In this document: one piece after another, positions 34,534 to 47,848 of the stretch
Layout of the letters: each line of letters opens with the position of its first letter
Position numbering within the stretch: the first letter of the stretch is position 1
Source of the DNA: Massalongia carnosa
Taxonomy: Eukaryota
Direction: 5' to 3'
DNA: 64,000 bases
Assembly: GCA_965645245.1 (NCBI GenBank)
Contig: OZ287082.1
Span: 186,001 to 250,000 of the forward strand
The notes under the pieces: generated by a model
Seen by the model: only the letters and a program-made list of their open reading frames with translations
The model's database searches: none
What the model was told of the DNA's origin: nothing
Position numbers and translations under genes: made by a program

Positions 34534-37500
34534 ATGACATCCATAGCAGACGACTTGGCCAAAAGGAGGCCTTTGCCTATCCTATCCAGAGAGAACTATC
34601 AAAGATGGTTCGAATTGGCAGAGATGCACTTCGAGGCAAAAGGCATATTCCACACTATCAGCGAGCCTTACCCAGCACCTGACCCAACGGCACTCCTCCA
34701 AGAGCAAATGGATAAGCTCAATATCGATAAAAAAGCAACAGGCACTCCCAAAGCTTCACCAACTCCTCCTACTATAACGATTCCAATCGCGACAATGGAG
34801 AAATGGAGGAAGGACAATGCAAAGGCCTGTTACCTTATCACTATCTGCCTAGGTCAATTTGACCAAGAACGCGTAAGGGCATTAAAGACAGCGGCACAAA
34901 AGTGGGCCTCACTGTTCTCTAAATATAACAATATCCTTCCAACATCGGGAAGACAGTACCTTCAGGAGCTGGTGACCTATAAAATGGACGAAAGAGGCAT
35001 GGGGGGAACTCCTATTGTTAAGAGATAAAGTCATCATGGCCACGCCTAGTCTAGCAAACGCATTTCCAGCTCAACAACTATTCCAACTGCTTCTACAATC
35101 CCTCCCTGCTGAATACACCGCCATCAGAGATGGCATCGACGCAATCGGGGGAGTAGATGTCGAAATCGGCATAAAGAGACTGGAAGACAAGGAAATGCAG
35201 TTAACGCACTCAAAGGCCGAAGAAGCCCTACTTGCAAAGTAGAATCAAGAGCGAAGGCCATTCAATCCATTCAGAAGTCACAGCGCACACCCCAAACGCG
35301 AAACCTCCACGAACCCAAGAAAAGAAACGAAGAACAAGGAGGAAGTGAGAAGAGGCTGTTACATCTGCGGAGACGAATCCCATCGGATAAGGGACTGTGA
35401 ATTCCTAGAGAGCGTCCGGCTGTACGCCATAGGTCTGGCAAGAAAGAAGAAGTCCCGCAAGGGCAAGAAACCCACCAAACGCCATCGGAGTTATCTCGCC
35501 GGCGAGTCAGAAAAGGAGGATGAAGAAGAAGAAGACTTCACACCTTGCTACGATGATGATGATCTCGATGATCTCGAGGAAACTGCAGCTCTCTCTGGGG
35601 AAGCAGTCAGTAAGATCCCCAGATCAAAATGGGTAGCTGACTCTGGCGCATCATCTCACATGACTGACGCACTTCATTTATTCAGTGAACCTCTGACCAG
35701 AATCAAGAGACGAAGAATAAAGGTCGGCGGAGGAGAGCTATATGCCGATCGTCGCGGCACATGTGTGATACAGGATAAGTACGGTAATTAGGGATTTCTT
35801 TCTTCTGTTCTTTACGTACCCAAGTTGGGGGTCAATCTTTTATCTGGCAAGCGAATGTGCGAGAAGGGTCTCGTTGGAAGTTTCAATCAGCACGGGTTAC
35901 GCATGCACGATAAGCAGGGCAAAGAGATCTTAGAAGCACGGCAGCGAGGGGGAGTATATATCGTCGAGAGAATAGCAAAAGATCTCGATGAATTTGCTTT
36001 AACCGCATCCATGCATCATGACATTGCCCTTCCAAGCAAAGAGAACCACCAGGTACCATTATCTTCCCCAGATAGGTCAAAGCCGGGCGGCGCGGATTTG
36101 CCAACTTCCATGGATATCGAAACAACGTCAACGCCCACCCCCAACAAGACTTCCGAAACATACAGGCTATGGCATCGAAGATTCGCTCATCTGGGTCGAG
36201 AAAAGCTGCGCAACCTGCACAAGGTAACCACTCTAGAAAGGCCGATTCCAATTAGCAATGAGGAATATGTCTGCGAGGTATGCGCTCTCACCAAACTCAC
36301 CAATAGGAAAGGCAAGGCAACCGAGCGAAAGACTTCCTTACTGGCATTGGTCTCGATTGACATCTGCGGTCCCCTACCTGCCTCTCGAGAAGGATACGCC
36401 TACTTCCTGGAAATCGTAGACAACTACTCCAGAAAGATATGGTCCATTCCGCTTAAGAAACGAGAAGAAGCACCAGGAGAATTACGGAAGTGGAGACTGA
36501 AGGTCGAGCTGCAAAGTGCACAAAGATTGCTGGCCGTGCGAAGCGATAATGCCACCGAATTGAAGGCCACATTGGACGAATGGTGTGCCTCAATTGGTAT
36601 CATCCCACAATACACCGTACCTCACATGTCCATTCAAAACGGAGTGGCCGAGCGTGCCATACGCACCACCGAGAACTCGGTGCGAGCCATGACAAAAGAC
36701 GCAGGGCTCCCTATCGAATTCTGGAAGGAGGCTATGGAGACGGACGCATATCTTCGTAATCGCACAGGATGTGGACCAATCATCGATGGAAATGCAAGCA
36801 CCCCCGAGGAGGCCTTCACCGGCATCAAACCTTCCATCGATCACATCCGCGTCTGGGGCTGCAAATGCTACTCGTACGTCGATCCCAAATCACTGCCTGC
36901 AGGAGGAAGACGGGATAAGTTTATGGATAGAGGAAGGGTGGGAGTGTTCATGGGATACGTAGAAGAGACTACCAAGCAATATCGTCTTTGGGCGCCCGAT
37001 CTGGGCAGAGTTATCAGAAGCCATGTGGTAAGATTCGACGAGAGCCTAAAAGGAGGCGACATGGATCTGAATCTGCGAAAGCAAACCCCCAATGGACTAC
37101 CTGAAAGACGTCCAGTAGGAAGACCACAAAAGGAAACGAAAATCAGCGAACCCGCTGCCAAAATCGTGGAAAGATTTTCACATGTGGAAATTCCTAGCAA
37201 AGAAAGCGATAGTTGCAATCAAGTTGACCACAGTAAAGTCTCATCCAATTTGACTGCAACTCCTGATCAGCCAAAGCCAAATGATGTTATCCAAGACATG
37301 CAGCCAACACCAATTCGTGACCCCGCTCCCACCACGAATGCACCTAAAGCTACCATGTTTTCGCATGTGGCGATCCCTAAACGCAAACGATCCAATGAGG
37401 AAGATGCAGCTCACGAGGAACCGGCTTTCAAAATACCTCGCGCCTTCCTAGCATGGTACGCAGACGAAGACGACGAAGACGGGCAGCTCAAATGGGAGTC

Positions 37501-39142
37501 AGCCATGTCAGCGGAGGCGCCACCGTCAGGGAAAGACATACCGACACCTAGATCTTATCGCGAAGCGGTGAATGATCCGGTTTGGGGGGAATTATGGAAG
37601 GAAGCGGTAGACACCGAGATCAACGCGCTGATTGGCAATAAGACCTGGAAAGAAGTCTTCCCACCACCGAATACGAACATCGTCACTTGCAAATGGGTAT
37701 TCAAGGTCAAACTGAATATCGACGGCTCGTTGGAGAAATTAAAAGCAAGGTTAGTCGCCCGCGGATTCACCCAGAAATACGGCATCGACTATGAGGACAC
37801 TTTCGCTCCTACGGTGAGATCAGACACCATGCGCGCAGTACTCGCCATAGTAGCCTTGGAAGATTTGGAATGCCATCAGGTAGACGTGAACAATGCATTC
37901 ACCCAATCATCTCTAAATGATACTATCTACATGACTGCACCAGAAGGAGTCAGGGTCGCCCCTGGCAGAGCTCTTCAGATACTGCAAAGCTTGTATGGTC
38001 TAAAGCAATCCGCCCGAGAGTGGCATAATCGCTGCACTAATGAACTGATCAAACTGGGATTCGAACAATGTTCATCCGACCCTTGCCTCTTCACTCACCT
38101 CACCAGAAATATCATTATATTCATGCACGTAGATGACTTAGTGATAGCCGCCAAGATAATGAAAGAGATCGACTGGTTCAAAAGGGAGTTCAGCAATGCC
38201 GTCAGCATTAAGGATTTGGGAGAAGCCTCAAAGGTTCTCGGCATTCGAGTCACCCGCGACCGCAAGAATCGCACACTGCGATTGGATCAAACGCACTACC
38301 TCAAAGATGTGATGAAGCGAACATACATGAGCGCTGACAAGCATAGGCCTACCGAAATTCCCATGAACGGCTACGATTCGCTACGACCAGCTGGACAAGA
38401 CGACGAGCGCATAGATCAAAGAGAGTATCAACAGATCGTTGGAAGCCTCATGTACGCAGCAGTTCATACGCGTCCGGATATAGCGTTTGCTCTTGGGAGA
38501 CTAAGCAAATATCTGAGCGATCCTGCCATCCATCACGGTCACGCTCTCAAAGCGCTCCTTAGATACGTACGATCCACCATCGATCTCGGCATACTATACG
38601 GGACTAGGGGGAATCAGAACCTCGTCGGATACTCCGACTCAGACTATGCGGCCGACAGACTGGAAAGGAAATCGATCCTGGGATACGTGTACATGTTAGG
38701 GGGAGGGCCTATATCATGGATGAGCAGAAAGCAGAAATCGGTCGCAACCTCAACAACGGAGACTGAATATATGGCTCTTTCCACATGCGCTAAAGAGGGT
38801 CTTTGGCTCGTTCAGCTAATGAAGGATATAGGTTTCCCCAAATACTTCAATCCCAGTGTGAACATCCGCGAGAGCGACAAGAATGAAGTTGACTCTCCAA
38901 TGCAGCTGAAAGGAGACAATCAGGCTTCCATTCAACTGGCTAAAGACGCTCACATTCACGAAAGGTCCAAGCACATAGATGTGGCTTATCATCATATTCG
39001 AGACCTACACAAACGCAATCGAATTCAGGTGGACTACGTGCCAAGCGAGGAAATGATCGCCGATGGTTTAACCAAGCCTTTGAACAAGCCTCTCTTCAAA
39101 CGCTTCATTGATCAGTTGAAACGGCAGAAGGCTTTAGGATGA
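34534..39142 (+). pseudogene. Copia gag-pol: frameshift near 35000, stops at 35240 and 35789; IN-RT-RH portion open (35825-39142)
   Basis: CYICGDESHRIRDC, WVADSGASSHM, WHRRFAH..CEVC, SDNATE, QNGVAER, KARLVARGF, SLYGLKQS, HVDD, YSDSDYA, SKHIDV. Confidence 0.93.
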
Positions 39143-39355
39143 AAACGGTAAATGGTATCGCGCCGCAGGGGGAATGTTAAATGGCGGCTGCTCCTTGATA
39201 CCCCCGACATTTAGCGTCACGGGGGGTAATCGCTTAATCGGCGCTAAGCCGGTTCATTGAACACGGAGAGAAAATTTCAATGAGCCCCTTACTGTGTAAC
39301 TAGACAATATAGTCAATGCGATCACCTGCGATGAGATACTCCTTTTAACTATACG

Positions 39356-40330
39356 TGATGATGATGATGATGATAATTCTTATTCCGATGTGGTACCGGC
39401 CGAAGGCCGGCCCATGCGGGCGAGTCTATCTAGTTTTATAGTACATGGGAAACTTTTGAGGAAGAAAAACCATGCAATCATGTGTCCGGCCGAGGACCCT
39501 CCGGGTCCCAGCCGTGTGCTCCATGAAAAAACATTTGACCTAAGACAAGTATGAAAAATGAAACAAAGCATGCCTACTGTTAGCAGTATAGATGCTGTGC
39601 TGTCAGCGAAAATTGTGACAACAAACATGTCTTCATTAGCCACTTTGTGACTAATTTCATTGCTTTAGATGACTCAGTGATTAATCGATAGTTGTTTGTG
39701 CCTATCGTATTTAGCAGAGTTTTTCTGTTGTCGTTGAGTTTGCAAAACATGATCACATGTTTTGCAGTCTGTTTGTGCCAGCCACATGAGCAGTTCGGGG
39801 ACGAGACGTCTGGGACTCGGTGTCTATGTAGGAAGGCGGCTAGGCCTATCTTTTCTGAGCGTATCTGAATGGCTAGCGCGCTCTCCGCTTTGGCTAGAGT
39901 TTCGTGCAATTTGATGCGTTTTTTGGAGAGTGAACCTGATTGTGCCGGGGTGGGAACGGGTGTGTGTTCCGGATATGATCTCCACGAGGCCTGCCATGCA
40001 AATGTGTGTAGTTTTTTTATTTGAGCAGTTATTTTGTTATGAGCGGCGCGTGCCTCCCCTATTTCTCGGGCGAGATTCGGGGGGGATTCGGCCCATGGTG
40101 GATTTGGTGTCGGTGTTGGAGGGTTATGTGCCTCCGATGTGATTCTCTTGGCCCAGGCGTATTTCAGCGTTCCTGGAGTGATGACTGGGGCCCTCTTGCG
40201 TCCTGCCCGACCTCGAAGTGTATTGGCTATTTTGTTGCATGCATTTGTGATGAAACTCTTTTGACCATTTCGACACAGGCGTTGTCTGGTCTGGGCCTTC
40301 TTGATGTCAAATTCTCGATTATTCGTTAGA
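39356..40330 (-). mobile_element. 5'-truncated Tad1-like LINE: ORF2 C-terminus, 3' UTR and (CAT)n tail
   Basis: ORF 39580-40353 ends with LINE CCHC finger CSCG...TAKHVIMFC preceded by QIRSEKIGLAAFLH; (GAT)n tract at 39356-39374. Confidence 0.85.
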
Positions 40331-40404
40331 TTCGTATAAATCCTTACATACATTTCATATTTCAGTTCTTCAATACAGGTTCGAGAATTGCACCCACGTC
40401 AATA

Positions 40405-43400
40405 TTATTCCCCTTCATTATTCCTCCTTTCAGCAACGTCGATCCCAAAGACTCTTCCCTTCTCCCCCTCCTCTCCAAGGGTATCCCCGTCCTTTCCCCA
40501 CCACCTCATCCAAAACACCCGCCCTCCAAACACACCGTCCCTCTTCCATTCCCTCACAGTCTTCCACTCCGCCTCCTCCGGAATCACCTCCCTTGTCCTG
40601 CACATCTCGCTTTCCGCCAGCAAACTCATCATCCCCGCGATTGAACAGGAATTGTGCGGCACCACCCGCTTCGTATCCACCACAGCGTACGTCGCAATTG
40701 CGCACACAGCCAAACCCGCGAGCATCGACTGAAGCGCGATTTTTGGGCCGCGGCTTTGATATAGGCGCTTTGTGGATTGGCGTAGAGTGGCGGTGTAGGT
40801 CGTTGGTTTGTTGTCGGTGTTGTAAATGGTATTGGTGTTGCTGGAGAGAACGGTGGTACGCATGTTCGCGGAGATGGCTTGGGCAATGTATTGCCCATAG
40901 AGCCTGTTCGCCGCGGCGTTGAGATTGGACAAGTCGCCATTGGTGTAGAGCTGGTTGAGGGGAACAGTTTTATAGCCCATGGAGAGGGCTTGAATGAAAC
41001 CGTTGATAGAGTTACGGCCTTTGATGCTAATGGGTAGATCTTGAAGCGAGTTGATGAAGGTGTTAAGGGAGATGTCGAACCAGTGCTGAGTGTTGTTCTG
41101 CGTAATGACAATCGCTGACTCTTCGAGCGGGTTGGGAGGTGAGTTGGTGTTGATCGTAAAGTCGGGGTACGAGAACGTGACGTCTGTCATGACCTGCTCA
41201 AGCCGCTGGTAGCAATACACAATCGTAATGTTCTGTTTTGAGTTCCAAGTAACACCGCCGTTTACAGCGGGCTTTCCGATCTTGGTGCCTGCGTTTGCCA
41301 TACCCAAAGAATAGGATAACGACGGGCAGCTAGGCATAATATTGTCCACCGAGTAATCGGATTTGACGCTGTCGTGCGGGTTGTCTAGTATCACACCTCC
41401 ATCGCCCATAATCAAGCCGCCCTGGGAAGAGGGCAGGTACCATTGAAGGGACGTGCCTGTTCCTGCGTAGACCGTAGATGAATCGTTGGGAGCCAAGTAA
41501 GTTTGCCTCCATGTCGCGTTGGTGGGGTTCGTCGAATTCAGACCGCAGAGGCTGTACGGGAGCGTCATCAAATAGTCCAATTGTACGAGGTCATTACAAT
41601 TCGCGCAGCTGGGCGGGGCACCACTAGCAGTTATATTGACAAACCTTGGGGGAACTGCCGAGCAATTACTTAAAGAACCTCGGATCGCTGGAACTCTGAC
41701 CACGATTGATTCGCTTTCATTCAACAATGCCGAGATTTTTACTGATGATGCCGTTAAGGAGGGCAAGACAAGATTATCGTAAGTCCATTGCGGGTATGGC
41801 GTGTTCTCATGTGCTATCAGATTGGTAACAGACCCGGCAAACCCATCATCCTGTGACAGGTCGACGTGGCTCCAATTGAAGAAGTCGGCCCTCTGAAGTG
41901 TCACTGGCTGATACGTGGGCACGATCTCCACGGTGTAGAGTGCAGAGACCACAATAGCAAGTAAACCCGAGACGAAAGCAGCAATAATAGTCATGCATCG
42001 AGTAAAACACCGACCTTGCAGCGATTGAACGAGGGCCAGAAGGGGAAGCCCGCCGATCGAGCCGACCATGATTGACTGTGTTGCTGGTACATTCCCGCGT
42101 CTCAAAGCTATAAGTGGCGTGAAAATGGAAACCGCAAAGTCAAGGCTGGTGTACAGGATTGCAAGAGCTAGCGCAACAAAAGCCGGTAAGTACGTCGACA
42201 GTATCTGAGAATCTACATTGGAGTTGGTGACGTCAACGAAGCCGTTGCGACTGTCGGACACGTGCTGGAGGACTTCAAGAAGTACAATAAAGCCGAGAGG
42301 AAGGACAATGATGAGCGTTATAAACCAGCGTCTAACGGGGATCGGACGCCACCATTCAGTATTGTCGTCTAACGAACTGGATGGCGGAGATCCAGGCATC
42401 TCAGCGGGAACAGGAACTACGTCTAAAACGAAGGAAGTAGTTTCCTGCTGAACAATGGCAGTGTGAAATCTGTCCCGAGAAAGCTGGTGGTGCAAAGCAT
42501 TCAACGAGGCAGATCCTGTGCCGACCAAGCGTTGTCGAAGTCTACTACTCGCCGCAAGAATTGTCGACAAAGCACCTATGGATTTCGGTTCGCAGGAGAT
42601 TGTGTTCCAAGGACGGAAAATGACCTCCAGAATACTAACGCAAACCAGCAAACCCAGACAAGTCGCCATCAGTCCTACGGTCAGTCGTTTAACCTGCAAG
42701 CGATTCTCCGTAACAATTAGCGAGCCACTTACGCTGCTATCTTGGGATGTCATTAGATTTGTACGAGCAATTTGTGCACTGGCACCTTGGAAGATTCGAG
42801 ACCCTAGGTCCTGCAACAGTTTCGGATCCATGAATGGTTGGAGACTTGACACATTGGACATAGCTTTCATGACTTGGAAAATAGAAGGGACTTGGGTTAC
42901 CACGTAATCTGCTCCTCCTTCACCAAAGGTCGTGTTTTTGAAGGAGGCGCGTACTGCCTGTATGAGCATTGAATCATCAAACGCTCTCAAAGTAGAGTTT
43001 GTACCAGGTTTCTTGACCGCTTGCATCCTTAGAGTATCCTGAGCATTTGTGTATGACACAGAATAGTTGTCAATGCGGTACGTGGGTTTGCATAGCACCC
43101 CTGTCAGTTGTTTAACCCAGGTGGCGGAGGACTCAGAGACGGGTTGATGAGGAGCCCATTGCACAAGAGCCATTGACAGCAAGAAGCGATGGTCCATGGA
43201 GCTGTTACCATTAAGCGGGTATGGAATAGAACTATCGCCGCCAGTATTGCAAGTAAAGTTTTGAAACCGTCCTTGATAATTCAATGTGACATTATTATCT
43301 CTGTAGTAACCATGATCCGCGCCTTGACCTACGATTGCATTCACGATGTGGCACGAATCAGTCGTAATATTTACAACAAAGTAAGGTGCTAGAATGCTGA

Positions 43401-44495
43401 ACCAAGGAAGCGATGTCGTGGTTGCATTCCCTAGATGCAGAATTTCGCATTCAAGATCAGTGCTGAAGCCTTGAACTTCAGCGGTATATGTGGAAAGTGG
43501 CAATCCGGACGGCGGGTCAATACGTTGAACTACCAGATTCGCTGCGGTATCAGAGGGGTAAGACAACAGTCCACTTTGGACGCCATAGACGCGCTGTGCA
43601 GCAGTGGATCCAATATCGCCGAGATCAAAACCACTGGCGTTGAAACCGGTTCTTACGACAAATGGAACGTCGGATAGTGTGATTGGTGTAGGTTCTAAGA
43701 TAAGGAGACCCGTAGAGAAGACAATCTGCCATTGCATCAGCCTTGCCGCACAGCAAACAACATGGGATGGTAACGTACCGCGAGCTGTAATAGGAGCAAT
43801 CCAGTTGACGAAACGAGAACAGCCCAGTGCCTATTCTTAGCCGCAGCGAAGAGACACTCGTGCATCGTAGGTGAAATGTAATCAAGGAGAACGGTGCGGC
43901 TACCAGGTGACGGCCCTTTCCGCAACTCCTGCCATGGGGCTAAGACCTTGCATTGATAGTCTACCTGTCGCCACAGACCGGTGATAATCACGAAAACTGC
44001 TCGTGATTAACTGAGAGACTTCGCCCCACTTGCGATGCATCTAAACTTACCAGCAGTAGGACCATATCTCCAACTATACTTGTTCCTGGAAATCTGGGTA
44101 CTTAACCCATCACTAACTTTTGAAAAATGGTATAACAGGATTAATGCGATGAAAAGCGCCGTGAAGAGTGCACAAAAGCCAATGAGCACAGCTTCATGTA
44201 ACCAAATAGGATTCCACAGCATTTTAGGCGCATAATTCTTCAAGCACGTTCTATCTGTTTTCGACCCATTCTCAGGCATGGCTTTCACGGAGTTATCTGA
44301 GCCTCTGCGCAAACTAGCGGATGGATTGTAGTCGCTAACGATTCTGAGATTTCGAGGAATCCCGACCGCGGGCACCCCATCTCGGGCGAGAAGCGGCTCT
44401 TGAACCTCTGAACGTGTGAAATTATCGGCAGTAACTCTCTCGTTGGCATTCGGTTCGTCGATTGCAATCTGCGAGGATACTGCGATATCAATCAA
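40405..44495 (-). CDS. DUF3433-family multi-pass membrane protein (introns 43997-44050 and 43726-43778; 5' end uncertain)
   Basis: Two repeats of the family motif (YGPTAV..LWRQVDY..LAPWQEL..LLDY and YLPAFV..LDF..TPLIALRRG); GT-AG introns join three ORFs in frame. Confidence 0.8.
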
Positions 44496-45170
44496 TAATG
44501 TAGTTCCCCCGCTCTTCTAGGATCTGCTAACATTTCTGATAGGGGGTTCGGGAGATGATTGTTGGGTTGAAAAGACTATCTTGTGTAGAAGATGCCATTG
44601 CGAGCCTTGCTGATCGTATCTCCAAGCGTACTCACAGCTGTACTCTCATCGATCCATAGGAAGCGCTAAAATGAACAAATGTACCGTTAGCTGAAGGAAC
44701 ACAGGCACCCATCTGGACCAACAACCTTACTTGTGGGCAATCACATATGCCAGTGAGGCGAGCGAAAATTGTCGTGTATTCGCGTCATGGAACTGGAACC
44801 ATCCGTAGTTTGAGGGCGAACAGCAGAGAGACTGGATGCGAGAAGGATTCCACCATTTTCATTGACGATGTGCACATGCGTCAATCTTATTGCGATCTTC
44901 AAGTGCCTGTTGGAATGCGCGAAGATATCTCGATCTGATTGGATCCCGCGCGACGCGCGAAGGATTAGCTGAGAGAAAGTGAAACGCAAATCCTGACGGC
45001 ACAGACTCGAATAGGGTTTAGTGATTCTGACAGGATTACTTCGTACATTGTGACTGTGTGACTGTGTGGCTGTATGGCTGTGGCTGTGTGATGATGATGT
45101 AACTGTGAATAAGGGTGCGGAATTATTCCGTTCTCAGAGTGCTCGGTACTCTACTCGAGATGACTGGGAT

Positions 45171-47585
45171 ATGCAACAGCACTAGTAGGGGTTTACCCGA
45201 AGTTTGACCGATAATCTTCTAATTAGCATTGCCAGTCTTCCTTATCGAATTTGGCTGCAGTATCTTCAGAGCACTAATAATTGCAAGCAACGGCCGAATT
45301 AATGGTTTAAACAATTGAAGCTATAGAAAGCTTTGGTGCCTAGGCCCCGCCCGCTAGGCCGGCTCAGTGCTATATTATACATGATGTAGTATATAAAGCA
45401 GTCAATCTCGCCTTCTAGGAGGTCTCACTATCCTCCCAGAAGCCGTACATACAGGCAATACCGTCACAGCGTCCTTGATTTTATGTATTCCCTCACTTCG
45501 GGCCTTGACTGACTTCCTGCCTCTTTTACCTCTCATCCCTTTATCCCTAACATCCTGTACCTCAGTCTGTATAGCGAACTCCGGATCCTCATTCTCTAAG
45601 CAAGGCTCTGGCGGAGCAAGTGTTGAAGGGTCTAAATCGATGGAAGTTGGCTGGATAGCCTGTGGCTTCTTATTTGTCTTGTTTTTCAGACTTTGAGGTT
45701 TGGGCCCTGCAATGAGGCTCCACACAGATTTCCAGGCTTCCCAGAACTTCTTCTCTTGTTTATCTGCACGCTTCTTCTGCTCCTCTGTGTGCTTCTTCAT
45801 CTTCCGTTCTTCGAGGACGTCATGATTCATTATACGTCCTTTACCGAGCTGTTGATTTGAACGTTTGGCCTTCTCCTTTTTACACTGTTGATTCTCCAAC
45901 AATTCAGTATTTGTAGTCTCTAGTAACACCTTCTCGACGTACGTTTTTGATCCAGCCTTGCCTAGCTTCATAATCTCTTGCTGGGTAGCCTTCCCATCAA
46001 TAGCTTTGTGGACGATTTCATCGAATTCAGCTGCATTTCTTGGAGTCTTGATAGGAGCGGATATAGTGACGCCATCCGACGATCGGAAGAATACTTCTGG
46101 TGGCGTATACGGCCTTAGAGTAACAGTGTTTATCACATCTTTCGGCTGTGGCAATGTCTTCAAAAGACTCTCTGGATCCAGAGGAAATAGAAGTGCTTTC
46201 TGCCAAGCACTAAGAATAGTAGTGAGTTTGGCTGTCTCACCCCGAGCTCGTTGATATAAATCAATGAAATCGACCTTATCCACGTTAGCACTGCTATTCC
46301 ATTTTATCAGACGCAGTAGCTTGGTCTGATAGAGACTCCCCAGTGGCTGAAAGAAACCCACATCTAACGGTTGGAGGACATGAGTCGTGTGAGCTGGAAG
46401 GCAAGCAAGAATAATCTTCTCATTGATACAGAATTGGATAACTTCCGACGTAATATGAGAAGCATGCCCGTCGAGGATAAGCAAGCGATATTCGCCTTTT
46501 TGTCGCTTCTTCGAATATGGATCAAATACACGTTTAAGCCATTCGAAAGCGAGTGTATTATTGGTCCAGCCCTTGTCACTGATAGCGATGTTATTACCTC
46601 GCTCCAATTCATTCATCCAGGCCTTCCTTTGAGTCTTTGCTTTAAAGATGACGAAAGCAGGAAGAAGTGCTCCATCTGCAGAGATACATTCAAGAAGAGA
46701 CACCCATTCCCGGCTCCCATTCTGACACATGTATGCTGCATTGAGGTTTGCCTTTGAAACAACTACTTTCTGCTTGTCTGCTTGGCCTATTGCAAAGCCC
46801 TTCTCGTCCATATTATATATGTCTCTTTTTTCAATGTTGTATTGCTTCATTGTGTCCGAAAAGAGCTTAAACCAATAATTGATTGTTTCGTAATTGACTG
46901 CATTGATGCGCTCTTTATCTAACGGAGTGCAAAAGCGAGATTTTAACGAATGATGTCGATTCAAGAACTTCTCCACCCAGTGACATCCCAATGGGGTATG
47001 ATTTCCTCTTTTTTTGAGAATCTCTTCTGCTTGTAACTTGATTCGATAAATCATTGGAGGGAAGCCCCATTTGGCCAATAATTCGATCCAGTTTACTAAG
47101 CATTCCTCCTCAATGAAAGTGAGGCGTTGTTGGGCTTGATGAGCTTTGTGATGAGGTAATGTTTCTCCTTTGTATCGTCGATATAATGTTGTATGGCAAA
47201 CATTGTATTTGTTGGCATATTGGCGGAATGAAGGCTTCTCTTGCTTAGGCTTTATTTCAGGCTGGAGTTCATATTCATCCCACCGCTTGATAGCTTTGGC
47301 AAAGGAGATCAGAGCAAGCTCCATGCGCTCACGCCTTGGGATGACCTCTGTATCTGATTCCTCTTCTAATGGGTCTTCCTCAACAGCTTGCATGATATTT
47401 TGGTAACGGAGGGATGGCTAGGCCAGGCGCTGAGACCAATTATAGCTTCAATGGCCAGGGTTGAGGGTTGGAGAGTAGGTATAGGTCAAGTGGCTGATTT
47501 GTAAAGACGCTACAGTATAAATTTTGGTAGGGGATAAACGCATCGGATAAACATCGGATATAAACCCCTACTAGTGCTGTTGCAT
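45171..47585 (-). mobile_element. pogo/Fot1-type DNA transposon (pogo-3) with intact ORF
   Basis: 25-bp perfect inverted repeat ATGCAACAGCACTAGTAGGGGTTTA at both ends; TSD ambiguous. Confidence 0.9.
45402..47393 (-). CDS. DDE_1 transposase (HTH + CENP-B-type HTH + DDD), 663 aa
   Basis: YNVCHTTLYRR, YNMDEKG, LILDGHASH, QPLDVG; no stops. Confidence 0.95.
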   Translation of the reverse strand: MQAVEEDPLEEESDTEVIPRRERMELALISFAKAIKRWDEYELQPEIKPKQEKPSFRQYANKYNVCHTTLYRRYKGETLPHHKAHQAQQRLTFIEEECLVNWIELLAKWGFPPMIYRIKLQAEEILKKRGNHTPLGCHWVEKFLNRHHSLKSRFCTPLDKERINAVNYETINYWFKLFSDTMKQYNIEKRDIYNMDEKGFAIGQADKQKVVVSKANLNAAYMCQNGSREWVSLLECISADGALLPAFVIFKAKTQRKAWMNELERGNNIAISDKGWTNNTLAFEWLKRVFDPYSKKRQKGEYRLLILDGHASHITSEVIQFCINEKIILACLPAHTTHVLQPLDVGFFQPLGSLYQTKLLRLIKWNSSANVDKVDFIDLYQRARGETAKLTTILSAWQKALLFPLDPESLLKTLPQPKDVINTVTLRPYTPPEVFFRSSDGVTISAPIKTPRNAAEFDEIVHKAIDGKATQQEIMKLGKAGSKTYVEKVLLETTNTELLENQQCKKEKAKRSNQQLGKGRIMNHDVLEERKMKKHTEEQKKRADKQEKKFWEAWKSVWSLIAGPKPQSLKNKTNKKPQAIQPTSIDLDPSTLAPPEPCLENEDPEFAIQTEVQDVRDKGMRGKRGRKSVKARSEGIHKIKDAVTVLPVCTASGRIVRPPRRRD

Positions 47586-47848
47586 CTAGGTTTGTTGGAA
47601 TTGCATCGCTTTCACATTTCCCCACACGATCGGCATTAAGAGACGGTGTCACGGAGTTATGACAAAGTCCAGACAGAAGTGAGAGAAACATTCTCGTTAG
47701 TAAGTCAACTACTCGGCGATGTGATCATTCTCTAATTTCGCTCGTGAAGTGCTTCCAACCTTCCACTTGGCCGATTCTTCCACTCCTTATTTCTCCTTGT
47801 GCCCTCCACACAACACAACCACCATCCCAGAGTAGGGGAAATCTCATC

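Larger units (their letters stand above)
34110..39350 (+). mobile_element. Full-length Ty1/Copia retrotransposon (degenerate)
   Basis: LTRs 34110-34284 and 39175-39350 (2 differences seen), TSD ATACG, PBS GGTTATGAGCCC at 34285-34296, PPT AGGGGGAA. Confidence 0.96.

Noticed and set aside
45049..45100. TGTGAC/TGTGGC low-complexity tract
   Set aside because: Ordinary degenerate microsatellite.
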